Shown here one piece after another: positions 10,500 through 19,353 of a stretch of 64,000 nt of DNA; position 1 is the first letter of the stretch; each line of letters opens with the position of its first letter. The DNA is taken from the NCBI GenBank assembly GCA_038867615.1, contig JAWBYA010000002.1, forward strand, positions 352,001 to 416,000, given 5' to 3'. The stretch comes from Sulfolobales archaeon. Its GTDB lineage: Archaea > Thermoproteota > Thermoprotei_A > Sulfolobales > AG1. The notes under the pieces were generated by a model. The model was given only the letters and a program-made list of their open reading frames with translations. It made no database searches and was not told the DNA's origin. A program made the translations under genes and the position numbers.

Positions 10500-11310
10500 T
10501 TTAGAGGGTATGAGAAGTATTCTTAAACCTAGAGAGGTAGATGTTGTTGTTACCTCCCCTCCATACAATATTGGGGTGAAATACGGTAAATACAATGACA
10601 CTATTTCTAGAGATAAATATCTTGACTGGATCGAGCAGGTTGGTGTGGAGATTAAGCGTGTTTTGAAAGATGACGGTTCATTCTTCCTAAACATGGGCTA
10701 TAAGCCTACTGACCCCTGGGTGGCTTGGGAGGTTGCTTTTAGACTTAGGAAGCATTTTGTTCTTCAAAATGTGATAATATGGGTCAAATCAATAGCAATT
10801 CAAAAAGAGGATGTAGGAGACTACCCTAATATCAGAGGAGATATAGCTGTTGGACACTATAAACCAATTCCAGGAAATCGTTTTCTGAACAACAATTTCG
10901 AGTATATTTTCCATTTCACAAAAAACGGCGATGTCGAGCTCGACAGACTGGCTATAGGAGTTCCATACCAGGATAAAACCAATATTGGGAGGTGGAAAAG
11001 TGCAAAACAAGATCTAAGATGTAGAGGGAACACATGGTTCATACCATATGAGACTATAATGTCAAGAGAGAAACAACGCCCCCACCCAGCAACTTTCCCA
11101 GTCAAACTCCCAATGATGTGTATCAAACTACACGGGCTGAAGAAGACTAAGCTTGTCTTAGACCCATTCATGGGAATAGGAAACACAGCTATAGCCAGCA
11201 TAAGGCTTGGAGTAGGCTTCATAGGTTTTGAAATAGACGAAAACTATATAAAAATAGCTGAAAAAAGGATTAAACAGGAGCTACTATACTATGTTAAGGA
11301 AACTCTCTGA
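10459..11310 (+). CDS. Site-specific DNA methyltransferase, beta class (N4-C/N6-A)
   Basis: Motif IV TSPPY is N-terminal; HPATFP and motif I LDPFMGIG are C-terminal. TTG 10459 follows a GGAGGGTG SD-like sequence. Confidence 0.95.
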   Translation: MLELKGVRIYNMDCLEGMRSILKPREVDVVVTSPPYNIGVKYGKYNDTISRDKYLDWIEQVGVEIKRVLKDDGSFFLNMGYKPTDPWVAWEVAFRLRKHFVLQNVIIWVKSIAIQKEDVGDYPNIRGDIAVGHYKPIPGNRFLNNNFEYIFHFTKNGDVELDRLAIGVPYQDKTNIGRWKSAKQDLRCRGNTWFIPYETIMSREKQRPHPATFPVKLPMMCIKLHGLKKTKLVLDPFMGIGNTAIASIRLGVGFIGFEIDENYIKIAEKRIKQELLYYVKETL

Positions 11311-11884
11311 TGATATTCTCCTTTTTGTAGAGATTTGGATTATTAGTGTTAAATTCGTTTTTCAATGTTACCCTAACTTTAGACAGGTCGACTATCTTAA
11401 AACCTAACACTTTTTTATCTCTATGAATAAAGCTTACCAGAACATGACTAGCATCTTTAGTAATCTTAGCATGCTCTGTAGGTTCATAGTAAAAGGATCT
11501 AAGGTTACTGCTCAGTTCTTCTACGCTAACAAACTTTACTTCAATGTAATAGGATTTACCGCTCCTCTCTATCAATATATCAGGATAACCGGCTATCTTC
11601 GATTCTGGTATAACTCCGTGTAGTCTATTTCTAAGTTCTTTCTCTAATTTATTACTTATCTCGTTTGGTCTCAACTTAGAAAAATTCTGGGTCTTAGCCC
11701 ATTCTAAAACTTCTTTAGAAGCGTTAAAAATCTCATCTATAACATTCTTATCAGCTTCTGAAATTGGATACACTTTACAGCCTGTAGTGACCTCGATTAC
11801 TTTTGAAAACGGTATATTTCTTAGCTTCTTTTTAAGAAACTCTGCATATTTCTCGATATCTTCCTGAGGCACGCGGCGTGTCAT
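11294..11884 (-). CDS. Putative type II restriction endonuclease (PD-(D/E)xK)
   Basis: GYPDILIE...YYIEVK motif. Convergent with and overlapping the MTase; shares its AT-rich composition. Confidence 0.75.
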   Translation of the reverse strand: MTRRVPQEDIEKYAEFLKKKLRNIPFSKVIEVTTGCKVYPISEADKNVIDEIFNASKEVLEWAKTQNFSKLRPNEISNKLEKELRNRLHGVIPESKIAGYPDILIERSGKSYYIEVKFVSVEELSSNLRSFYYEPTEHAKITKDASHVLVSFIHRDKKVLGFKIVDLSKVRVTLKNEFNTNNPNLYKKENIIREFP

Positions 11885-11962
11885 ATTTCAACACCTTACT
11901 TAAAAGTACAAAGACATGGTTTAATGTTTAATAGCCTCCAAGACTAACAATATCCTGGCTAT

Positions 11963-12922
11963 ATGGTGAACAAACATATGCCGACTTCAGGGAAAACGCC
12001 TCTCGTCTTTCTAGCATCTGTTCTTCTGAATGCCGCCCAAGCAGCTGTTAAGCTGGCAGCCTTTATCATAGTAGGTTCTCTAGCAATCTATGCCGAGACA
12101 CTCCACTCGGTGAGCGATGTTATTAACAGCTTTATACTATACCTAGCATCATATATAATTGTTAATAAGAAACCCTCGCCAAAATACCCCTTCGGCTTTG
12201 GTAGGTTTCCCTATATAGCTAGCATAATCTCGATCTCGATCCTGGTAGGAGCTATAGCGAACAACATACTAACCCAGGCTTATGAGGCGCTCCATGAGGG
12301 AGGAAGGCTATATGGAGATGTGATCAGCGGAGCTTATCTACTAGCTATAGCGACATTCATGGATGTAGGTATACTACTCTTCATATTTATGGCGAGAGAT
12401 GCCTGGAGGAACCCATCGTCTAAGATGAGACCCTTATTCATGGCACTCATCCTTGAGGACTTATTCTCGTTTAGCGGGAACGCCATTGCTCTTGCCTCAC
12501 TATATATGATTGGGATAACTAGTATAGCAGATGTTATAGCATCTATAGTGATCGTCGCTATAATAATCATGGCATCTGCATATGTTATCTACAAAAACAT
12601 AGAGATCCTTATCGGAAGATCCGCTCCCAGAGATGTGATGCTCAAGATACTCAACAGAATATCAAAGATCTCTGATGTTGTCGATATAGACGACCTTAAG
12701 AGCTATGTATTAACCCCAGATAACATTGTGATAATGGCAACAATAGGTGTCGACCCGAGGAAGAGCATAGGCGATCTCGAAGCACTGAGGGAGAGAATAA
12801 TAAGGGAGATAACCAGCATCGACCCGAGAATCAAGAACGTGATTATCCAGTTCTCAAGCGAGCCTATAGATGACCGTGATAGGGATAAGATATACAGGGA
12901 AGTAAGCTCAATGGATGAATAG
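11963..12922 (+). CDS. Cation diffusion facilitator family transporter
   Basis: GSLAIYAETLHSVSD and KPSPKYPFGFGR motifs, ~6 TMs and a C-terminal cytoplasmic domain. Confidence 0.9.
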   Translation: MVNKHMPTSGKTPLVFLASVLLNAAQAAVKLAAFIIVGSLAIYAETLHSVSDVINSFILYLASYIIVNKKPSPKYPFGFGRFPYIASIISISILVGAIANNILTQAYEALHEGGRLYGDVISGAYLLAIATFMDVGILLFIFMARDAWRNPSSKMRPLFMALILEDLFSFSGNAIALASLYMIGITSIADVIASIVIVAIIIMASAYVIYKNIEILIGRSAPRDVMLKILNRISKISDVVDIDDLKSYVLTPDNIVIMATIGVDPRKSIGDLEALRERIIREITSIDPRIKNVIIQFSSEPIDDRDRDKIYREVSSMDE

Positions 12923-13245
12923 ATCTTAATTTATTTCAAGCGCCTCTAAAACAAACAGTGTAATAGCTATTTAGGATCTGTAAATAGATAATGGAGACCA
13001 TTAGATCCGAAGACTTATGTGCTATACCGTAATCAAAATAACCACCGCCCCGCCTATAGTAGCTTGATACACAAAACTTACAATAGCCTGTAGTAGTTTT
13101 TAAATATTTTATCTTATAATACCCTAATATAATAGCCTAAGGGAAAAATACTTTGATCTATGAAATCTTAATGACTCTATGACGCAAAACCAAGATCCAT
13201 GGTTAGAGGTTTTTATTACTAGGCATAACTATATTTAGATAAGCC

Positions 13246-13881
13246 ATGTTCTTAAAACCACATGAGGGTTTAGTCAAGATCTATGGGTCTAGAAAGCTTT
13301 TCCTAATATGGTGGCCTTTCACAATAGTTAATTTTAATACGTGTGAAAACAACTACCTCGTAGATCTTTTGGTGGCCTCTGAGATCACGGACCCCCTACC
13401 CCTGATCCTCACCATGAGGAGGTATAGGGATAAGCGTCCTATTGAACCCTCGCCATCTGTAGAGGCACCAATACTGATCCCAAGATCTGTTGGGCCTAAC
13501 ACCATAATGGAGCTGATCTATAAGATCAAGAAAGGAATCGAGATGACAAAGGATAAGGATACCTCTCAGAGTTCTCGGCCTGTTAGGAGTTATAGGTATC
13601 AGATGTTTTCTAAGAGACCAAGTACGCTTGAAGAGGCTATAGCTAACCCTGTCTCCAGAGGAATCCTCTCTGAGATCTTGTCATCAATATGCATTAGTAG
13701 CAATAACGTTAGGATCACATCATATAATCCGATACACGTTTTAGTAGGTATCAGTAAAGACATGAAAGAATTTAGCCTTTTCATGGATAAGAAGATCAGG
13801 AGTATTAACCACGAAATATACGTGTTAACCAACGAACATGTTAAAGACCTTATAGAGAAATATATGAAGTTGAACATCTAA
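13246..13881 (+). CDS. Hypothetical protein
   Basis: 211 aa ATG ORF filling an otherwise empty gap; no recognised motif. Confidence 0.6.
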   Translation: MFLKPHEGLVKIYGSRKLFLIWWPFTIVNFNTCENNYLVDLLVASEITDPLPLILTMRRYRDKRPIEPSPSVEAPILIPRSVGPNTIMELIYKIKKGIEMTKDKDTSQSSRPVRSYRYQMFSKRPSTLEEAIANPVSRGILSEILSSICISSNNVRITSYNPIHVLVGISKDMKEFSLFMDKKIRSINHEIYVLTNEHVKDLIEKYMKLNI

Positions 13882-13932
13882 AACCAGTTGTGTTGTAAAT
13901 AAGAAGCCCAGCAACCGCAAACTCAAAGAGGA

Positions 13933-13980
13933 TCAGCACTCAAGACCATGCTCATCACTCACATCTCCCGAGCTCATCAC
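13933..13980 (-). ncRNA. Box C/D methylation-guide sRNA
   Basis: Minus strand reads GTGATGA(C)-GCTCGGGAGAT-GTGA(D')-GTGATGA(C')-GCATGGTCTTGAGTG-CTGA(D), ~48 nt and intergenic. TTTAA box lies ~25-30 nt upstream. Confidence 0.88.
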
Positions 13981-14214
13981 TCACCATATATAATAATCTG
14001 CTCCCTTAAATCCAGGGGTTTAGGGTGCTTATTATAGCACTTACCAGGACTGGGCAGCAATAAGCAGATCTCTAGGATATAGAGGAGAGTTAACCACTAA
14101 AAACGATAATAGCCTCTTTCCCATTTTAAATGAAAGAGAATAGTAAGCTATAAGCGATCATGGTAGATGACTAGGATCTCTTTCCACACGGCCCCAAGAA
14201 TAGGGATTTAAGCG

Positions 14215-14983
14215 TTGGCTAGGAAAGGATCTATGGTGAAATCCTTGCCCAGGTTCTTTACCGATCGTTTTATTCTCACACCCGGTCCTACAGAGATCCC
14301 TGTAAGGATAAGGATGGCCATGATACGCGAGGAGACCAACCCGGATCTCGACCCTGGTTTTCTGGAATTCTCTAGGAGGGTCTCTGACAAGCTGAAAACT
14401 GCTAGGGATAGGTAGGAGCAGCCTCTATATAATGGTTGGCGAAGCCATGTTGGGATTAGAGGCCGCTATAGCCAACATAGTTAGGCGTGGTGATAAAGTG
14501 CTTGTAGTCTCTAACGGTGTTTTTGGTGAGGGTTTCGCTGACCTTGTGAGGATGTATGGGGGTATTCCAGAGATTATTGAGTGTGATTGGAGGAGAAGCA
14601 TCGATGTTGGGAGTGTTGAGAATGTCTATGAGAGGCATAGAAAGGCTAGAGAGGCATCGTGGAGAGCCCTCGAAGCAGCAGGGTTAAAACCATACCCAGA
14701 ATCTAAGTAGTACTCTTCACCAACAGTCACAGCGATCGAGGTTCCTACAGGTGTCGATGAAGCTATGTTGAGAGAGATCATGTGGAGCAAATATGGCGTA
14801 ATGATAGCAGGGAGCTGGGGCAGACTTGCAGGAAGAGTTATAAGGATAGGGCATATGGGTGTCCAAGCATCAAGAAACCACTTGATCGTAGCCTTCACAG
14901 CGCTAGCGAGAGCACTAAGTGATATGGGATATAGGGTTAACATAGGAGGCGTTATAGAAGCTATAGAGAACACCTACACATAG
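14215..14983 (+). pseudogene. Class V (serine-pyruvate/alanine-glyoxylate type) aminotransferase pseudogene
   Basis: LTPGPTE, VSNGVFGE, SPTVTA and IRIGHMG fragments remain. There is a frameshift near 14395, a large internal deletion near 14630 removing the PLP-lysine region, and an in-frame TAG at 14708. Confidence 0.9.
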
Positions 14984-15323
14984 CCTTCAACACCGTCTAT
15001 TCTTTGATCCTTTCCTATGCTTTGCTACTATCTCGCTCTTTAGAAACCTCTACTATTATTTTTTATTATTCCATCCTAAGCTGAAACCAACAATATAGAG
15101 CTCCTTATATATGGTTGTGCTCTCTCACCATATTTTCCTAATCGATGGATTCTCTAATTGCGACTCTACTTTAGCATCCCCTCTATAATTGATATCCATG
15201 ACTCCTAAGGTTTTCAGAGAGCAAGAACTGGTTCAATCCATAAACACATGCCCAGCTATATAGCATTGGTGACTATAGGATATAAGTGTATGTCTCAATA
15301 ACTACTAGGAGAGGTTTAGGTTT

Positions 15324-16214
15324 ATGGTTTTATATGAGCTTATTAAGGATCTAAAGGTTTCTGACGCATTAGTTGATGTTCCTTCATGCTATGTTGATGA
15401 CCCGCTAGCTATAGCTTTAGATATACTGGCTGCAAAGAGATCTCCCAGGAGGATTGTTATAATAGATAGGGAGAGGAAGGTTAGAGGTGTGATCACCTCC
15501 CTCAGGATCCTTGAGATCCTCTTAGGCTTCAGGGGTTCTGTGATGGTTAAGCTGAGAGGCTTGACCAGGGTTCTCAGGGAGAAGGTGATCCTTTTCTCCG
15601 ACGAGGCACCCTATACAATGGTTCGGGACACACCCCTAATATCGGTTATAAAACATATGGGTGAGAATAGCATACCAATGATACCGATAGTAGATGATCT
15701 GGGCACATATATGGGTGTAATCGACGAGACCCGCGTGCTAAAACTCCTCAAGGGGAGAACATTCGGAGAAGAAGTGTCAATAGCCATTGAGGCCGTATTC
15801 CCATCAGTATTTATGAGAGACACTGCTTTGAAGGCTGCCGAGGCTATGATAAAAGAGGTGAAGGGCAAGGCTGTGGTTCTTAACGATAAGAACCTGCCAG
15901 CCGGTGTTGTTACTGCGAAAGATATACTCAAACTACCCCTCGTGACTGAGGAGATAATAGAGCTTCTGAGAACAGATGTTGAGGTTGGTTTCGCAGATAT
16001 ACTTGGCAAGGTGGGTGTTACTAAAGTGATGAGCTCGCCAGCGATCATAGCTAGAGAGGGTGAAGATATAGGCAGAGCCATAGACACCATGATCGATAGC
16101 GATGTGGGGCTCTTACCGATTGTAAGCGAGAAGGAGGGAAGATTCACCGGGGTTTTAACAAGGATGAGTGTGATAAGAGCGATAGTGAGAGAACATATAA
16201 ATCCCCTGGGGTAA
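15324..16214 (+). CDS. Tandem CBS domain protein
   Basis: Four CBS-like repeats (IPIVDD..GVI, GVVTAKDI, LPIV...GVLT). Confidence 0.88.
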   Translation: MVLYELIKDLKVSDALVDVPSCYVDDPLAIALDILAAKRSPRRIVIIDRERKVRGVITSLRILEILLGFRGSVMVKLRGLTRVLREKVILFSDEAPYTMVRDTPLISVIKHMGENSIPMIPIVDDLGTYMGVIDETRVLKLLKGRTFGEEVSIAIEAVFPSVFMRDTALKAAEAMIKEVKGKAVVLNDKNLPAGVVTAKDILKLPLVTEEIIELLRTDVEVGFADILGKVGVTKVMSSPAIIAREGEDIGRAIDTMIDSDVGLLPIVSEKEGRFTGVLTRMSVIRAIVREHINPLG

Positions 16215-16219
16215 GGAGT

Positions 16220-17437
16220 GTGGATATAACAAGAAGGATCGAGGATTATATTGGGATCGTTGATAGAGATGAGATCGAGTATATCAAGGAGTTGGCAGAG
16301 AACGTAAAGGGAGCCAGGGTTCTCCATATAAACTCAACAAAGAAAGGTGGAGGAGTTGCCGAGATCCTTAGGAGTGTCGTTCCACTAGCAAACTCTCTAG
16401 GGCTTAAGGTTAGGTGGGAGGTGATAAGCGGGGATAGAGAGTTCTTTGAAGTAACTAAGAGTTTCCACAATGCTCTCCAGGGCAATAAGGTGCTAAAGCT
16501 TGGAGGAGACATGATTAGAAAGTATCTAGAAACTAACGAGATAAATGCTGGGAAAATCGATACTGATGCCGATGTTATCGTGATCCACGATCCACAGCCT
16601 GCAGCCCTGATATCTTATAAGAATAAAGGGAGCTCGAAGTGGATTTGGAGGTGCCATATAGACCTCTCGGATCCCAATGAGCAGTTCTGGAGCTTTCTAA
16701 GGGGCTTTGTGACCATGTATGATGCAGCTATATTCTCCCACGGTATATATGTGCCCAGGGATCTCAGAGGGATCAAGATCTATATATCCCACCCATCAAT
16801 AGACCCTCTGACCGATAAGAATAAGCCGCTAAGCCAGACAGAGATTGAGAGAACTATATCTAAATACGGAATAGATCCTGAGAAACCCTTGGTAGGACAA
16901 GTAGCCAGGTTCGACCCTTGGAAGGATCACCAATCAGTGGTTAGGGTTTATAAGGCTTTGAGACAGAAGGTGGAGAATCTACAGCTAGTGCTCCTAGGAT
17001 CCTTTGCCGACGACGATCCAGAGGGGGAAAGGATCTATAAAGAGGTTCTTAAAGAAACCGAGGGTCTTAGTGATGTGTATGTTATAAACGAGCACAACGA
17101 TTTTCTGGTAAACGCTATCCAGAGATCCATGGTTTTCGCATTCCAACTATCAATAAGAGAAGGTTTCGGACTAACAGTAAGCGAAGCTCTCTGGAAATAC
17201 ACACCAGTTATAGGGAGAAGAGCCGGAGGAATACCACTACAGGTAATAGATGGTGTGACAGGCTATTTAGTCAATAATATAGAAGAGGCATACGAAAAAG
17301 CCCTCATGCTCACAAAGAAGCCATGGCTAGCAAGAATGCTTGGTGCCAATGGACACCAACATGTTAAGAGGAACTTCCTGATCACAAGAGACCTAAGAGA
17401 CTATCTAAGAATACACATAGATCTCGTTGCCAGATAA
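16220..17437 (+). CDS. treT: Trehalose glycosyltransferring synthase (GT4)
   Basis: HINST..GGGVAEIL, HNALQG, IHDPQP, WRCHID, RFDPWK and EGFGLTVSEA motifs. Confidence 0.93.
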   Translation: MDITRRIEDYIGIVDRDEIEYIKELAENVKGARVLHINSTKKGGGVAEILRSVVPLANSLGLKVRWEVISGDREFFEVTKSFHNALQGNKVLKLGGDMIRKYLETNEINAGKIDTDADVIVIHDPQPAALISYKNKGSSKWIWRCHIDLSDPNEQFWSFLRGFVTMYDAAIFSHGIYVPRDLRGIKIYISHPSIDPLTDKNKPLSQTEIERTISKYGIDPEKPLVGQVARFDPWKDHQSVVRVYKALRQKVENLQLVLLGSFADDDPEGERIYKEVLKETEGLSDVYVINEHNDFLVNAIQRSMVFAFQLSIREGFGLTVSEALWKYTPVIGRRAGGIPLQVIDGVTGYLVNNIEEAYEKALMLTKKPWLARMLGANGHQHVKRNFLITRDLRDYLRIHIDLVAR

Positions 17438-17502
17438 CCTAACCACCACCGCTCTCCACGATCTTGCCACACAGAGATCATCCTATTAACAAGACATTCA
17501 CA

Positions 17503-17639
17503 ACAGTTTGACCCTGGATGCTAATTCTACTCATTTTATTATTCATGGTCACATCCAAGGACTTCCGCCCCAACCCGCAGGATCTCTAACCCTGCGGGGT
17601 CATGGGAGTCTGTCGAGCCAAACAGCACCTGCCTCCCAT
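17503..17639 (-). mobile_element. Dispersed ~130 bp element, copy B (best preserved; probable tnpB 3'-end remnant)
   Basis: Two stems: ATGGGAG/CTCCCAT enclosing CTGT/ACAG, and CCCGCAGG/CCTGCGGG. Minus strand translates DGRQVLFGSTDSHDP...(frameshift) RKSLDVTMNNKMSRISIQGQ. Confidence 0.6.
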
Positions 17640-17826
17640 CTACTAAGAGATCATCACCTAGATGGCTTGGAGCTTTGCTTCCATCGCTAGTCAATATGGA
17701 GACAAGTCCTACCAGCAGAGATAGATGTATATAGTTGATAGGGAGAGATCGCAATGATCGGGTTTGCAGAAAACTGCAAACCCAGAATATATAATCTTTC
17801 TACCACCGGGGGAGTTGGTGAATATA

Positions 17827-19329
17827 ATGGCGAGAATCGGTCGTGCCGGAAAGATACTACCCATTATATTGACAGCCATCCTAGTTTCTGGACTGCTATC
17901 CCCAATGATCAGTATAACCACAGCCCAGATTCAGAGGGATATAAATCTAACCATAATGCTTGAGAAAGTAAGATCTTCTGTGGTGCTTATAATAACAATA
18001 GTAAAGGCGGTGATAATATGGGAGGACTTTATACCACAGCTTCGAGAGGTTAGGATGGATCCTGTGGTGGAAGTAAGCACCATAGCCTTTGGCTCGGGGT
18101 TCTTTGTATCTAGCGATGGCTATATAATAACAAACGGGCATGTTGTTAACGACTACCAATCAGAGTTCCAAAGAGTCCTCCCCCTTCTGAAGGACTTTGT
18201 GCAACAGTATCTTGAAGCAAGGACAAAGACCACCGGCCAGCAGCCGAGCCAAGAGGAGATGCAACAACTATTTAGAGAAGTTATTAGGGCGTACTTAACT
18301 AATAGGTTGAAGATCCAAGACTATACTGTAGATGTGCGTGTTGGTGCTGGCAGGGTTGTTTCAGGCTTCGCCAACATAGGTAAGCTCTATACAGCAAGGA
18401 TAGCATATTCCTCCCCCTTTGAAAAGGAAGATCTAGCTTTACTAAAGATAGAGATAAAGAATGCCCCGTCTATCCGAGTGGCTCAGGAGAACATAGCCAG
18501 AGTAGGAGAGAGGGTTTGGGCTTTAGGATACCCAGGTGTTGTTACTTTCCATCAACTGCTGGGTGTGGAAACGCTCTTAGAGCCTACTATAACAGAGGGT
18601 ACCGTGAGTGGTTATAGGACGAAGACAGCTGGTGTGAGTGTTTTGCAATCTGACGTAACAGTTACGCATGGGAATAGCGGTGGGCCTGTTGTTAATTCAA
18701 ACGGTATCGTGGTTGCTGTAACGTCTTTCGGATCAGCGGATCCTTCGGATAGCGGTAGAGAGGTTCCTGGGTTCAATTTCTTCGTTCCGGCATCGTATGT
18801 CTATGATATTATCAGAAGGTTTTCCGTTAATAATGTTGAAAGCGAGACTATAAAGTTCTATGAGGAAGGTCTCAGGCTATTCTATCAGAAACAATACAGA
18901 GCCGCTATAGAGAGGTTCCAGATAGTCAAGAACCTATACCCAGGATTCCCATTCGTGGATGACTACATAACCGATGCCCAGAAAGCCATACTCAGAGGTG
19001 AAGAAGCCTCCCAGTTCCCCATAGACATGACAATGATAGCCATAATAGCGGTTGGAGCAGCTGCTGGTGGGGGAGCGGGGTATATGTTTCTAAGGAGGAG
19101 GAAAGAGGCGGTTGGTAAGGTAAAGGGACAGCAGGGTCAGTGGCAATACGGGCAACAGTGGGGATATCAGCAGCCTCAGCAACCGCCGAGCCCAGCCCAG
19201 ATGCCATTGCAATCGCCAGGGCCTCAGCAACCACCCAGACTTCCTCCGGGCTATAAGTTCTGTATAAACTGTGGTAAGATCATACCTGAGGATAGCACTA
19301 AATGCCCATACTGCAATGCGGATCAGTAG
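17827..19329 (+). CDS. Membrane-anchored trypsin-like (S1C/HtrA-like) serine protease with TPR-like helix, TM and C-terminal Zn-ribbon
   Basis: Signal peptide; triad TNGHVV / DLALLK / GNSGGP; TM followed by RRRK; Q/P linker; CINC...CPYC. Confidence 0.9.
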   Translation: MARIGRAGKILPIILTAILVSGLLSPMISITTAQIQRDINLTIMLEKVRSSVVLIITIVKAVIIWEDFIPQLREVRMDPVVEVSTIAFGSGFFVSSDGYIITNGHVVNDYQSEFQRVLPLLKDFVQQYLEARTKTTGQQPSQEEMQQLFREVIRAYLTNRLKIQDYTVDVRVGAGRVVSGFANIGKLYTARIAYSSPFEKEDLALLKIEIKNAPSIRVAQENIARVGERVWALGYPGVVTFHQLLGVETLLEPTITEGTVSGYRTKTAGVSVLQSDVTVTHGNSGGPVVNSNGIVVAVTSFGSADPSDSGREVPGFNFFVPASYVYDIIRRFSVNNVESETIKFYEEGLRLFYQKQYRAAIERFQIVKNLYPGFPFVDDYITDAQKAILRGEEASQFPIDMTMIAIIAVGAAAGGGAGYMFLRRRKEAVGKVKGQQGQWQYGQQWGYQQPQQPPSPAQMPLQSPGPQQPPRLPPGYKFCINCGKIIPEDSTKCPYCNADQ

Positions 19330-19353
19330 CGATAAGATCTAGGGGAGCTTGTT

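Noticed and set aside
14708-14710. In-frame TAG as possible pyrrolysine/readthrough
   Set aside because: The same gene has a frameshift and a large deletion, and there are no pyl genes in the window; plain pseudogenisation explains it.
17508-17754. Small ORFs 17508..17690 (+) and 17539..17754 (-) as genes
   Set aside because: They overlap the decayed dispersed element, and the frames are not preserved in the other copies.
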